Counted from the first letter of the stretch, positions 1 to 15,540 are shown. The stretch: 64,000 nt of DNA from Eledone cirrhosa (GCA_964016885.1 OZ024752.1:36704001-36768000), one strand, 5' to 3'. Notes: a model not told the origin generated them from the sequence alone. Numbers and translations: made by a program.

Positions 1-1748
1 TTAGTAATATTACTATATTGTAACCTAATTGTATTGTAGTTATAATACGTTAAATGATGGAATGATTAACAGTAATATGTGTGCCAAAGATTTAGTTAAT
101 ATTATTACTATATATTGCATTGTAGTTATACTACGTTAAATGATGGACTGGTTAACAGTGATATACGTGCCCAAAATTTAGTTAATATTATTACTGTATA
201 GTATAACCTTGTATCGTAGTTATAATACGTTAAATGATGGACTGGTTAACAGTGATATACGTGCCAACATTTAGTTAACAATATTACTGCATATTATAAC
301 CTTGTATCGTAGTTATAATACGTTAAATGTTGAAATGATTAATGGTAATATATGTGCCAACATTTAGTTAATAATATTACTGTATATTATAACCTTGTAT
401 CGTAGTTATAATACGTTAAATGTTGAAATGATTAATGGTAATATATGTGCCAACATTTAGTTAATAATATTACTGTATATTATAACCTTGTATCGTAGTT
501 ATAATATGTTAAAGGATGGAATGATTAATAGTAATATATGTGCCAACATTTAGTTAATAATATTACTGCTTATTATAACCTTGTATCGTAGTTATAATAC
601 GTTAAATGATGGACTGTTAACAGTGTTATACGTGTCAAAAATTCAGTTAATAACATTACTGTATATTATAACCTTGTTGTGTCGTAGTTATAACTCGTAA
701 AAAAGATGAAATGACTAATGGTAATATATGTGCCAACATTTAGTTAATAATATTACTATATATTATAACCTTGTATCGTGGTTATAATACGTTAAAGGAT
801 GGAATGATTAATAGTAATATATGTGCCAACATTTAGTTAATATTATTACTGTATATTATAACCTTGTATCGTAGTAGTTATAATACGTTAAATGATGGAC
901 TGGTTAACAGTGTTATACGTGTCAAAAATTTAGTTAATAATATTACTGTATATTATAACCTTGTTGTGTCGCAGTTATAATTCATTAAATGATGGAATGA
1001 TTAATGGTAGTATATGTGTCAAAAATTTAGTTAATAAAATTACTGTATATTATAACCTTCTTGTGTCGTAGTTATAACTCGTAAAAAAGATGGAATGACT
1101 AATGGTAATATATGTGCCAACATTTAGTTCATAATATTACTATATATTATAACCTTGTATCGTAGTTATAATACGTTAAAGGATGGAATGATTAATAGTA
1201 ATATATGTGCCAACATTTAGTTAATATTATTACTGTATATTATAACCTTGTAGTGTCGCAGTTATAATTCATTAAATGATGGAATGGTTAATGGTAGTAT
1301 ATGTGTCAAAAATTTAGTTAATAATATTACTGTATATTATAACCTTGTTGTGTCGTAGTTATAACTCGTAAAAAAGATGGAATGACTAATGGTAATATAT
1401 GTGCCAACATTTAGTTAATAATATTACTATATATTATAACCTTGTATCGTGGTTATAATACGTTAAAGGATGGAATGATTAATAGTAATATATGTGCCAA
1501 CATTTAGTTAATATTATTACTGTATATTATAACCTTGTATCGTAGTAGTTATAATACGTTAAATGATGGACTGGTTAACAGTGTTATACGTGTCAAAAAT
1601 TTAGTTAATAATATTACTGTATATTATAACCTTGTAGTGTCGCAGTTATAATTCATTAAATGATGGAATGGTTAATGGTAGTATATGTGTCAAAAATTTA
1701 GTTAATAATATTACTGTATATTATAACCTTGTTGTGTCGCAGTTATAA
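1..1748. repeat. AT-rich satellite, ~91-96 bp monomer, 7-monomer (671 bp) higher-order repeat
   Basis: catttagtta recurs at 361 and 454 (93 bp). Diagnostic variants recur 671 bp apart: taactcgtaaaaaagatg 691/1362, cgtggtt 777/1448, gtagtagtta 871/1542. Confidence 0.92.
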
Positions 1749-1798
1749 TGCGTAGAAGATTGTCGATAGCTGTTGCTTATCAATTTCGTAAATGTCTG

Positions 1799-3021
<1,223 letters not shown>

Positions 3022-3147
3022 TTTCTCCCTGGAATTGCGATAGATAGTATTAGCAATTGGAAAGACCAATGGAAACATTGTTTCCTCGGTCTGATTTGAC
3101 GAAAGTCGATCGACAAATAAATAAATATATATATATATATATATATA

Positions 3148-3564
3148 TCCAAAATTTAGTTAAATTAAGGGAGTCATGTCCGAGACATGCGCCATATCCA
3201 CCGTAAAATAAGCTCAAAGATTCCAATGAATAGATCCGAGCATTTTATATCAACTATGAATTGATTGACATATATATATATATATAAAATAAACACATGA
3301 AACAATCACAGGGAATAATTTGTAAAGTGTGTAATCACACATAGCTAGGTAGGTAACTAATTAAAGTTTAACTAGAGCTTCAAATATAGATACCTTTTAA
3401 AAAGGATTAATCATTTTTAAAAGGTAATATTTGAAGTTCTAGTTAAACTTTAATTAGTTACCTATCTAGCTATGTGTGATTACACACTTTACAAATTATC
3501 CCCTGTGATTGTTTCATGTGTTTATTTTATATATATATATATATGTCAATCAATTTCTAGTTGA

Positions 3565-3566
<2 letters not shown>
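3148..3566. mobile_element. (TA)n-embedded element family I, fold-back palindrome with ~155 bp arms
   Basis: About 3248-3405 is the reverse complement of about 3412-3566, centre ggattaatc. A second, non-palindromic copy lies at 48485-48735. Confidence 0.8.
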
Positions 3567-3599
<33 letters not shown>

Positions 3600-3601
<2 letters not shown>

Positions 3602-3784
3602 CGAAGGAAATGTGGTAAGGAACCAGGTGGACCATAACGCACCAAAGTACTCAATACTTGAGGTAGTAGAGTGGGTAATAGGAACCAGTAAGACCCCGAC
3701 AGCTGAGCTCAAGCCGTTTCGACGGCTAATTCCAGAATTAGCCGTCGAAACGGCTTGAGCTCAGCTGTCGGGGTCTTACTGGTT

Positions 3785-3788
<4 letters not shown>
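3600..3788. mobile_element. Family A fold-back element carrying the 3' half of a hammerhead (GAAAC-stem III-GUC); about 11 copies
   Basis: gtcGAAACGGCTtgagctcAGC(C/T)GTCggggtc. Other copies: 6119-6287, 6355-6466, 6611-6799, 9811-10025, 48748-48924, 51697-51838, 52513-52708, 54000-54176, 56645-56852, variant 39467-39592. All lie in or beside (TA)n. Confidence 0.85.
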
Positions 3789-3828
<40 letters not shown>

Positions 3829-3968
3829 CGGGGTAACAAATAATAGTTAAATGCAGTCCACCTAGGTAAAGTCCAGTTATGTAAAGCTATGTGATTAAAC
3901 CTTTTTTTGTATAGCAAACCATGTCAACCTTCTTTCCTGATTTATATATATATATATATGTGTGTATA

Positions 3969-4119
3969 CCGTATTTCCCGGCGTCAAAGACGCTACTTTT
4001 TTCCTAAAAGAAGTCTTTAAAATCTACAATACATCCTGGAGGCTGAAGGTTGTTTATTAATTTTTTTTTTATTTTTGGTTGCCAAAATTAGGGTGCGTCT
4101 TCGGCGCCGACAAATACGG
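3969..4119. mobile_element. Tc1/mariner-superfamily MITE (CCGTATTT TIR, TA target duplication)
   Basis: ta|ccgtatttcccggcg ... cgccgacaaatacgg|ta. Further copies at 31671-31943 and 34447-34580 (partial). Confidence 0.85.
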
Positions 4120-4141
4120 TATACACACACACACACACACA

Positions 4142-4198
<57 letters not shown>

Positions 4199-4484
4199 AG
4201 TGGAGGAAACGAGGACGCTATACCGTTTCTTTTAAATATTTGATCACTTTTCAACATCCAAATATATCAGATATATTAGATATTCTTTGCAACCTTCACA
4301 TACTACTGCGCCTGCGCACAAATGTGTGTAACCATATAATTACATATCTGAGTATGTCTGTTCTGTTCTATGTGTGTGCGTGTCTGTGTAGATGTACATA
4401 TACACACACATATATGTATATAAATATACATTATTTATATCTATATATATGTATATATTCATATATATATATATATATATATAA

Positions 4485-4544
<60 letters not shown>

Positions 4545-4573
4545 GTATATGTGTGTGTATATATATATATATA

Positions 4574-4652
<79 letters not shown>

Positions 4653-4691
4653 TAATATATATATACGTATATATAAAAACATTTATATATT

Positions 4692-4732
<41 letters not shown>

Positions 4733-4952
4733 CGAGAAAGAGAGAGAGAGGGAAAGAAACAGACAGAATAAGGGAGAGAGAGAAAGAGGAAGATGGAGGG
4801 TGTTGGATAATTGCGGTTAGAAAACTGGGAATACCTGAAAGCAATGATGTACTCAATATATCTTCAAATGCAGAGTAGATGTATTTATTAGCCCTTCAAT
4901 GGCATATTTTCTCGTAGTTGTTTAGATGGTAGGCATATCTTCTGATCTAATA

Positions 4953-5220
4953 AAGTCTGTCTCGAGCCCGGTGGCTCATCAAACTGATGCTTATTCCGGT
5001 TTCCGTGACTTGAAGTAACTAATAGTACAAGAGCCACCCCCTGGACAGAACGCTAGTCCATCTTAATGATAACCTCCCATCTATAGCTGCTTGTAACTCA
5101 TTTTCAGCTGAGTACACTGGAACAACGTTAAATGAAGTGTTTTGCTCAAGAACACAACACACAACCCTGCCGAGTAATCGAACCCAGGACATCATGTTCG
5201 TAAGTTCAACACCTTTACCA
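4953..5220 (-). mobile_element. tRNA-derived SINE with CORE-like and V-like middle domains
   Basis: Minus strand reads B-box ggttcgatt, then tgtgttcttgagcaaaacacttcattt, gatggactagcgttctgtccaggggg and tail ggaaaccggaataag...cagactt. Homologous to 15815-16508. Confidence 0.75.
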
Positions 5221-5699
5221 TCTTCTGATGAGAACTGGAAATACGTTCGATAATCATTTCAAGGCATTTATCAATTGAAATTGTATTTTTTCTTTTAAAA
5301 TAAAATTCTTAGAAGCCTTGAATAATGCGTTTGATTTTAAAAATTGGATTTTATTCGTATTTAAAATTGTGTTTTTGAAATATTCTGGTCATTCTCAAAG
5401 TTAAATAAAAGAAAAACAAAAAATAAATCCACTTTATTCAATCTTTTTACAATACTTCCAATTTAGCTTGGAAAGTAAATCAAGGGATTTACACTTAAAA
5501 ACAAAAAGAATTATCACGTTTTGCATCTGGTTATTACAAGCATGTCTTCTTTTCTTTTTGTCTAACTTCCATAAAAACGGGGATGTTCGAAAATCAGCTT
5601 AAAAAGCGAGTATAATCTACTTTAATAATGAAACACATAGTGCAGAACTTCTAAGTTTTTATTTAAAATGGGGTTCTTCCGATGAGTTTGGATTAGCGT

Positions 5700-6031
5700 T
5701 ACTCTATAGAGTGTATAGCTCAGAGATCAGCGAGTCGCTCCACGTAGAGTCGCTACTTCTCCGAATTGAGATATCATAGCTCCAATATTATGGACATGTG
5801 GTTAGAAGGTTTCAGGAAAGAAATGCTGGAGAGATTTTACGGGCAAAACCAACCGGTGGGAGACCCAGGGGTAGACCTCGAGCAAGATGGTTGGATAACA
5901 TTCATGAGCTCGGCTTGTCTCGCTTGGGGATCCAACCGGAACAATTGCAGACAGTTGCTTCTGACAGGATCCGCTGGAACGAGTGTTTGAGGATTCTTCC
6001 CCCACGACCCTCCCATGAATATGTGGGCGAA

Positions 6032-6032
<1 letters not shown>
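5700..6032 (+). pseudogene. RTE-clade (Rex3/Expander-like) LINE, 5'-truncated 3' end
   Basis: Peptide LLLRIEIS*LQYYGHVVRR...KPTGGRPRGRPRARWLDNI...LRILPPRP resembles the RTE C-terminus. In-frame stop present; gaagaa tail. Confidence 0.85.
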
Positions 6033-6099
<67 letters not shown>

Positions 6100-6118
6100 T
6101 ATATATATATATATATAT

Positions 6119-6874
<756 letters not shown>

Positions 6875-7604
6875 TGTATGTATAATGGCTCTTCAGAGAA
6901 AAAGCTTTTCTTTATCTATCACATACATTATTTAAATGGAATGCTACATTTTCCCCTGTAACTACTTTTCCCGGCGAAAAGTGCAATTTTTCCCGTGACT
7001 GCTTTTCCCATAATTTTATTTCCGTTCGCCAAAGTATCAACGGCTTCCTGTCGAAACACGAAGCCAGCCTGAAAATATTCTAATATAGATAATATGTAGA
7101 CACTTCCAGCCAACGAACGAACCATCGTGACATTCATCGTCTGCAGTCCATTGCTCTAACTGTGGATAAAGATGCTACTACAGTCTTTATTATAAAATAA
7201 GATGGTGAATTTGGCGTCGGATTAAAAATGCCTTGCTATCTTATTGCTCTGAGTTCAAATCATGCCGAGTTTAACTTTGCCTTTCATTCTTTCGAGGTCG
7301 ATTAATAAAGTATCAGTCAGTCTCGTACTTGAGTCACCCCCCCCCCCCCCCACACACACACCATCACACCCACCCACACCCAGACATATGTCTGCTGGAC
7401 GCACGAGCAGATGGACGTGTGTGTGTGTTTTTTTCCCTGCCGGCAGCATATCACAAATCAAATTTCATCTGAGGATACCGTTCTCATAACAGCAACAAAT
7501 GCATGAATTACATCTTGGATTGCTTGGGAGAACCGTTGAAATAATTATAATGAATAAACGATTTATGTAACATCAGCATCTTTATTAATGTTATTATATA
7601 TATA

Positions 7605-7975
7605 TCATCATCATCCTCATTATCACTCGTCGACTACTGTCGAGATGATGGATCTCACTCTCATGCCCCCAAATCCCCTGTCCCCCATCGCTGCCCCCAG
7701 GTCCTGTCTGCTGATTCCCGTATCCCTAGAGATAACGTCAGGGAATGACAGCTTCCTACTCCTAGTCAGGCTGGAGTCAGGGTTCCAGAGCAAGAGAGCG
7801 GATATGATTTCATTGCTGGCACGGCGACAGTGGCCAGCAAATTGAGCTCTCCGGGATTTTAGAAGGGCAAAGGCTGGAGGGAGTTTGCCATAGATTTTAG
7901 ACAAGGTGGGATGTCGTTTCCAGGATAGGTTTTGCACTCTCATTAAGAGGCGGGTATATGTGCCATCCACTCTCC
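7605..7975 (-). pseudogene. RTE-superfamily LINE 3' end with (GAT)n tail
   Basis: ORF 7623-7970 DGTYTRLLMRVQNLSWKRHPT...IYGKLPP...RRAQFAGHCRR is typical of the post-RT C-terminal region. Confidence 0.8.
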
Positions 7976-7989
7976 TCTCAAGTGCTCTC

Positions 7990-8170
7990 GAGTGCTACTG
8001 GTAACATGTAACCCAGTACAACCTGTTTCATGGTCGAGTCGTCGGCGACTAAACCGGCAACCCCACCAAGCTTGCTTGGTGAGGAGGGTGATATTTGGAC
8101 ACCCTGCGGGATGAAATACAAGACCCGGCAAAGGGCGGAGGGACCTCAGCAGAGTCAACGGCCATCCAAA
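7990..8170 (+). mobile_element. RTE 5'-UTR-like fragment, inverted relative to the adjacent LINE 3' end
   Basis: Homologous to 45915-46093, which continues into the RTE 5'-UTR motif ggagaaggaaaactctga. Confidence 0.6.
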
Positions 8171-8428
8171 TAGTGCTTTTTTTTAATATATATATATATA
8201 TGGAGAGGTTAAACTCTGAGGCATAAAAAGCTGAGGGCTGTCGTTGTATTTTCCGTGGTAAACATTTGCACCGAAGATATGTGTCGTCAGTTCCACAAAA
8301 GTGTGGTTGGTCCTACACAAGCCTTCGCCCCTTAAAACAAAACTTTGTGTGGGTAGTTCAACATCAGTTCACTTTCTCACATCAACTTTTGTTGGACACT
8401 CATACGTCGGATATCGACGGGAGAGTCC

Positions 8429-8436
8429 ATCATCAC

Positions 8437-8497
<61 letters not shown>

Positions 8498-8514
8498 GTC
8501 GTCGTCGTCATCAT
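8429..8514. repeat. (CAT)n microsatellite
   Basis: Read directly; produces the poly-His and poly-Ser ORFs. Confidence 0.95.
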
Positions 8515-8930
8515 CTATATATATTCTTCGTTTCTTTGGAAGAAGGCGACTAAGAAAGGATGCACTCCACCATGTTTAAAATGCCCAAGATATGCAGTGT
8601 GTATTAGGACAGCGTCGGTACGATACTATGAGGAGTTAAAAGAGCTCTTTATCTATTTTTATCCAAGGCGCCTCCTCTCTATTGAGGATTTTGTTATAAA
8701 TGTTATCTTGTTATATTGTATTTTATTTTTATATTTTGTTATTGCCTCCTCCTTATTGAGGACGCCTTGTTATGTAAAATCCCCCCATTGTACTTGTCCC
8801 ACTTTTTGATGCCCTGGTGGCAAATAAAAAGAAAATTATCTATTTTTATCTTATTGGTGGGGTTTTTTTTCACCATAAATGCCATTTTTTCACCATAAAT
8901 GAGTTCAGTCTCCGAATCAGTCTTCTGAGA

Positions 8931-9309
8931 TAATTGTTTCTACGTTAGACACAAGGCCAGCAATTACCCAGTGCATTACTGGTACTTTATTCTATCGACC
9001 CCGGAAGGATGAAAGGCAAAGTTAACCTCGGCGGGATTTGAACTCAGATCATACAGGGAGGTAACTCTATGCTTCAAAGCATGGCATCCGACCCACTACC
9101 GATACTGCCAATCCACCGCCTTGTTAGATAATTGTTTCTACTTTAGGCACAAGGCCAGCAATTATCCCAGTGCATTACTGGTACTTTATTTTATCGACCC
9201 CGTAAGGATGAAAGGCAAAGTCAACCTCGGCGGGATTTGAACTCAGATCGTAAAGGGACGTAACTATGCTGGAAAGCATGGCGTCCGATCCTCCACCGAT
9301 ACTGCCAAT
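8931..9309 (-). mobile_element. Two adjacent copies of the abundant tRNA-derived Nin/Deu-domain-like SINE
   Basis: Consensus ggcggtggattggcagtatcggtagagggtcggac...gagttcaaatcccgccgaggttaactttgcctttcatccttacggggtcgataaaataaagtaccagt...gtagaaacaatta. More than 20 full or partial copies in the window. Confidence 0.85.
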
Positions 9310-9582
9310 TAGATAATGTTAGTCAATTATTGAATACAGACACACACTGACACTGTTTCAAGTACATCCGGTTAGACACCATAAACATCTAACCGGATGA
9401 ACTTGAGGCGATGTTAATATGGTATATTACATTTTCAATATACGTTTACAATAACACAATGACAAAAGGAGAGAAAAGAAAGAAACTGTATACACTTGGC
9501 TGGAATATATATATACGTGGTCTCAGCCGGACGCTTGGAACCGGTAAAAGAGTAATATATTTGTGTGTGTGTGTGTGTGTGT

Positions 9583-9770
9583 GTCCCGGGTTCAATCGGG
9601 GGGTAACCACAGTAAGTAAGATACTCAATACATAGAGTATAAATATTTTTTTTATAGAAATGGCTTCTACAGGACTAGAACTGTTTCATTCGAAGAAAAT
9701 CATCAGGAAAGCCTGATGATTTCCTTCGAATGAAACAGTTCTAGTAAACAGTTCTAGTAAAAGCCATTTA
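9583..9770 (-). ncRNA. Family B element with type I hammerhead (minus 9663-9710) and a damaged inverted arm
   Basis: Minus strand: UUUC-CUGAUGA-uuuucuucgaau-GAA-ACAG uucuaguc CUGU-A-GAAG. Other copies: 11191-11320, 12348-12485, 40767-40952, 42008-42195, 45322-45472, 45605-45786. Confidence 0.85.
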
Positions 9771-10023
9771 TATATATATATATATATATACACATACATA
9801 TATATATATATAGGAACGAGTAGGACCCCGACGGCTGAGCTCAAGCCGTTTCGACGGCTAATTCTGGACTAAAATGTCCAGATTTTAGTCCAGAATTAGC
9901 CGTCGAAACGGCTTGAGCTCAGCCGTCGGGATCCTACTCGTTCCTATTACCCACTCTACTACCCTAAGTATTGAGTATTTTGGTGCGTTATGGTCCATCT
10001 GGTTCCCTACCACATTTCCTTCG

Positions 10024-10061
<38 letters not shown>

Positions 10062-10202
10062 ATAATAAGAAATTTGAAGACTTAAATCCAAAGAGGGCTC
10101 GATAAGAATAAATATATATCAAATATATAAGAACCGTAGAGCAAATATTTATGAAAATAACAGATTTAATCTGTTATTATAATATATATATATATATATA
10201 TA

Positions 10203-10370
10203 TAGTGGTAGAACACTGGAAGGTAATATCCGTAGTGGTAGAACACTCAGTCCATGGGACGAGTTAGGTAGAAGTGGTTACACAACAGTTAGTTCACCAT
10301 ACCGAGAACAATTGTTTCACCTTAGCGGATCCTCAGCTCGTAATGGACATGGTTATACGGAACAGCGTAT
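10203..10370 (-). ncRNA. Family H element with type I hammerhead (minus 10303-10340)
   Basis: CGAG-CUGAGGA-uCCgcuaaGGu-GAA-ACAAUUGU-U-CUCG. Second HHR copy at minus 60421-60470; fragments at 48445-48485, 60500-60580, 61200-61300. Confidence 0.85.
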
Positions 10371-11125
10371 ATATATTTACGTATATATATACCAACGATC
10401 TTCGTTATTTTGGTTATATTATACTCTCGGCTGCCCTGATTTGAAACTCCTGTATAAGGTTAAACTTTTCAATGTTTCTTGTTTATGTTTCCTAAAATTA
10501 AATTTTGAGTATTGAATATTTGACTTTGTATCACAAATCAAATTTTATTCGTTTGTATATGTGTATACATGTATGAACCTCGTTATCTATGCATGCGCAT
10601 GTGCATGTGTATTAAGCCGGTTGGGCTCTTTGTTTTGGCGCGAATTCCTTTGTTTGAATTCAACTACCAAAATCACGTGTTATAGTCTGCGAGAAATTTT
10701 TTTCTTTTCATAAGAGGCAGAATGGGGGTACTGCGGTGAACTGGTAGATAACTTATCCAGTAGGGAAGTCTGGCTCACACTGCATGGAACTATCGCATAA
10801 CATCGGGTAATCCTGCTGAAGACGTGTATTAGCCCAATTACGTAAATATCCGCTGATTTTGCGTGATTTTATGAACATTGCAGAAGTAAAATCTGCATTT
10901 GTAAGGTTATATTACACAGAAACGATCGTCCAGGAGGGAGATATTTACATCTATCTCTAACTAAAAACAGAGCTGTCTACTGTAAATTAAATGTGTGCAC
11001 TCTGAAGTGTTGATTGCAGCTGCATTACTGCAATTCGGCAGATTCATTGAGTGAGCAAGACGTTGGCCGGGGGACGCAGTATTTATACCAGTGATCTTCG
11101 TTATATGTATATATGTGTGTATATA

Positions 11126-11177
<52 letters not shown>

Positions 11178-11347
11178 ATAGATGTATAGCAGGAGCTTCT
11201 ACAGGACTAGAACTGTTCTAGTCCTGTAGAAGCTCCTTCTATACAATAAATATATTTTACTCTGCCATGTATTGAGTACCTTACTTACTGTGGTTATCCC
11301 CGACTCAACCCGGGACCTACGTTTATATATATATATATATATGTATA

Positions 11348-11542
<195 letters not shown>

Positions 11543-11559
11543 CATATATATATATATAT

Positions 11560-11728
11560 ATGGTTATACTTGGGGAGGGTCATATTTGTGCAATATTGCC
11601 AGAATTAATAACAGAACACACTCACTGTTTGGTTGGTTTTCGCTTCACGCTGTCTTTTATATCGGTAATCTAACTTACTCGGTCCTCAATGTTGCCATTA
11701 ACTGACCGACGGTCAAAAATAATACAAT
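11560..11728 (-). mobile_element. 3' part of family F2 element
   Basis: Reverse complement of about 54425-54585; shares the terminus atgaccctccccaagtataac with family F. Confidence 0.75.
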
Positions 11729-11764
11729 ATGTATATATATATAATACAATATGTATATATATAT

Positions 11765-11827
11765 AAAAAGAGATTTTTCCGAGCCGTTTATTATATTATA
11801 TTCAATTATATATATTTATATATATAT

Positions 11828-11887
<60 letters not shown>

Positions 11888-11985
11888 GAATATAATATAA
11901 TAAACGGCTCCGAAAATTCTCTTTCCTAGAGCTATTTTATTGTATGAGACTATTTTGAGTTTCTAATCAATATATACCTTTGATA
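11765..11985. repeat. Inverted repeat (~50 bp arms) around a (CA)/(TA) spacer
   Basis: aaagagatttttccgagccgtttattatattatattcaatt versus aattgaatataatataataaacggctccgaaaattctcttt. Confidence 0.75.
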
Positions 11986-12483
11986 TATATATATATATAT
12001 AATGTGGGTAATATTAAATATTATCCAATTACAAGTATGAGAGTAGCTCAATATAAAATAACAAATATAATACAGAGCCGAAATACTTCATATTTTATAA
12101 AGTATATATAATAACAATAGAACGAAGAGATATAAGGAGGTGCGATACAGAATATTGCATGCCAAATGCGGATGCGTAAGTGCTCAATGCTTGGGTTATC
12201 AGGGTTAAATATTAAACCTTGCTTTTAATATTTGCCTTGGATGAGCCTCACTGGGCGAAACGCGGTGTAAGAGCTATATAAAGATATTTTTTAACAACTT
12301 GTAACTCTTTCATTCACTCCTTTGCTTATATATATATATATATATAAGGTAAGTTTTCCGGGTTGAATCGGAGGTAACCACAGTAGGTAAGGTACTCAAT
12401 ACATAGCAGAGTATAAAAGTTTTAATATAGATGAAATTCCTGATGATTTCTCAAGAATCAAACAGTTCTATTCCTGTAGAATC

Positions 12484-12618
<135 letters not shown>

Positions 12619-12919
12619 CTGTTTGCATTTCTAAAGTCCAAAGACTGAAGCTTAAGTTTAGACTTTGTGTTATCACAAAATTTATTTTTGTTTGTATTGT
12701 AAACTAGTTCATCAGAAAGTAACTGCTTCAGAAGTCTGTAGTTATCAAGCGGGGTGACATGACTAACCTAAAGCTGTTGATCCTTAATGAAGTGGTGTGG
12801 GGTTCAATAATTAGTTGGTGAAACTTTTCCTGTACTTTTTAGTAAGGGGTAGATGGAAACTTTGCGAAAACTCGTCATATATATCTCTATCTCTATCTCT
12901 ATGTATATTTCTAACTTTC

Positions 12920-12994
<75 letters not shown>

Positions 12995-13009
12995 ATTTCT
13001 TTTAAATTC

Positions 13010-13500
13010 CATCTGTGATAACATTTTACACGTTTTTATTGTATGTAAACTTCCCCCTTTGTATTTGTCCCCTTCTTTTGTGCCCCTGTGGCTAATAAAG
13101 AAATATATCTATCTATATTTCTTTAGATACCCCTTTAGAAGGAGAATCAGAGTGGAGAGAGAGGCACTGCACCCCAGTAAATTTACTGAAAGGTGGGTGA
13201 ATGTGGCAAAAATGGCCCGAGTGGTTGGGCCTTCTCTGTATATAAACCTGTAGGTTGAAGAAGAGAGCAAAAGGGGGAAGGGAGCACTTGCACAACACGC
13301 TCCTGAAGTTGAGGGTTGTTCTATCGATGGGGTATTAAACAGCCCATTTGTGGCACCTCCCTCCTATTGAGGATTTCGATTATTATAATTGTGTGTTTCA
13401 TATTTTTACACGATTGTATGTAAAATCCCCGGCATGTCTTTGTTTTGTCCCCTTTTCTTGTTCGCTCTTGTGGCTAATAAAGAAATATATCTATATCTAT
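13010..13500 (+). pseudogene. Tx1/L1-like LINE 3' ends inserted in (ATCT)n
   Basis: Peptide RRRIRVEREALHPSKFTERWVNVA..INL*, then a 3' UTR ending gtggctaataaagaaatatatctat. The same tail occurs at 13010-13110 and, diverged, at 8668-8840. Confidence 0.55.
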
Positions 13501-13544
13501 CTATCTATCTATCTATCCGTCTATCTAACTGTCTGTCTGTCCGT

Positions 13545-13892
13545 TAATAATTGTTTCTACAGCAGACACAAGGGCAGCAATTTGAAGGGGAGGGGAAAAG
13601 TTGATTAAATCGACCCCAGTGCCTTACTGGTACTTTATTTTATCGACCACGTAAGGATGAAAGGCAAAGTTAACCTCAGTAGGATTTGAACTTAGAACGT
13701 AAAGGGTTGTAACTCCATAATAATAATTGTTTCTACTTTTGGCACAAGGCCAGCAATTTGAAGGGGGATGGGAAGTCGATCGAATCGACTCCAATGTGTG
13801 ACTGGTACTTTATTTTATCGACCCCGTAAGGATGAAAGACAAAGTTAACCTCAGCAGGATTTGAACTCGGAACGTAAAGGGACGTAACTCCA
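13545..13892 (-). mobile_element. Two Nin/Deu-like SINE copies
   Basis: Match to the SINE consensus. Confidence 0.8.
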
Positions 13893-14887
13893 GTGCTATA
13901 TTCCTCCCAAGACGCTATTTATTCGTTAGTTCTCTTCTATTCTATCAATTATAGATTTTTTTAAAACTACAAAACTACAAAGTAGATGACAAAATATTTA
14001 AGACAATTTGAAACGCTGGTGGTTTATGATAAATTTTATACAATTCCGTTTCTAAAAATAGAAAAAATACTCAAACATTATTATCCCCAGAGATTTCTTT
14101 TTTTTTTTTATTCTTTCCTCTCTGTTCTTTATGAAGCAATAAAATATGCTGAAATATTATATATTTCATCCTTAATTGTATCCAAATGGGCGTTACCTTT
14201 TATAAAATCTACTTTGGTTAGGTTACCAAAAAGAATTATTACCATTTGAAATATTTTTACTGATGCCTTTGAAATATTTTTGTTATATCATATTCATCTC
14301 ATACTTCTAATCTACAAATAATATTTTTGTTATTGTTGTTGGTAATATTTTTGTTGTTGTTGTTGTTGTTGTTGTTTAAATCCTTGGAATAGATTTTCTG
14401 TTGCACCCTAAAATTTGCTGATGAATTATATTGCTTTACGCCCTTCTTTATGCACCTTTAACCCCTGAACAAAACAATTAAAAATATTTAAAGTATTTCT
14501 TTGAGCTCTGTCTACTTCTTTACTGGTTAAACTTCGACAAATGCAGTTTATTTTTTCCTGCTTTGCCACGATGTTTGTTTGTTGAATAATGTTAATGGGT
14601 GTGTCTAACTGTTACTCTAAAGGCCACTGATTGCTAATTTTTTTTTTAGAAGATTTATAGTTTGGTAACACACACAAAAAAAATATTGTAGTTATCTACA
14701 TTGTTGCAACTATATTTTCAAAATTTTTCAATACTTCGTAAGTCAACCAAATGATTTTTGTGCTTCTGGCTTCAGGATCAAATCTCTACACAGGCGGTCA
14801 TTGGTGACCAGGGTGCCAGGAATCAAACGCACGACCTTCAAATCTTGAGCTGAACACTTCAACCAATAAGCAACGCGCCGGTGGGCT

Positions 14888-15540
14888 GCATAGGTTGACT
14901 ATGAAGGAGTGACACTAGAGCTGTGAAATCTTGCATGCATTAATTTCAACTCTTCTTATTAATAACTGCATTGTTTCTTTCCGGGGATTATATTGAAAAA
15001 TAAACCTCATTTGGTCATTCCATGAGAGTATCTTGGTCAGCCTATGAAGGAGTGATGCTAGAGCTGTGAAATCTTGCATGCATTAATTTCAACTCTTCTT
15101 ATTAATAACTGCATTGTTTCTTTCCGGGGATTATATTGAAAAATAAACCTCATTTGGTCATTCCATGAGAGTATCTTGGTCAGCCTATGAAGGAGTGATG
15201 CTAGAGCTGTGAAATCTTGCATGCATTAATTTCAACTCTTCTTGTTAATAACTGCATTATTTCTTTCCAGAGACTATATTGACAAATGAACCTCATTTGG
15301 TTATTCCATGAGAGTATCTTGGTCAGCCTATGAACTTTTCAGCCGACCCTCGTATAATAACTGCATTATTTCTTTCCAGAGACTATATTAAAAAATAAAC
15401 CTCATTCCATGAGAGTATCTTGGTCAGCCTTTGAAGTAGTGATGCTAGAGCTGTGAAACCTTGCATGCGTTAGTTTCAACTCTTACTGAAAAATAAACTT
15501 CATTTGGTCAGCCTATGAATGTTTTAACCGACCTTCGTAT
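14888..15540. mobile_element. Mariner-type MITE amplified in tandem (143-bp period)
   Basis: atgaaggagt at 14901, 15044 and 15187. Right TIR gtcagcctatgaacttttcagccgaccctcg|ta. Confidence 0.8.

Noticed and set aside
3561-3758. Recurrent peptide [28 protein letters not shown] as a small protein family
   Set aside because: It is the antisense reading of non-coding family A. Start codons come from microsatellite, and copies carry indels and palindromic truncations.
10810-11055. Two CTGAAG-containing hairpins as hammerheads
   Set aside because: GAAA and stem III are missing or need several changes.
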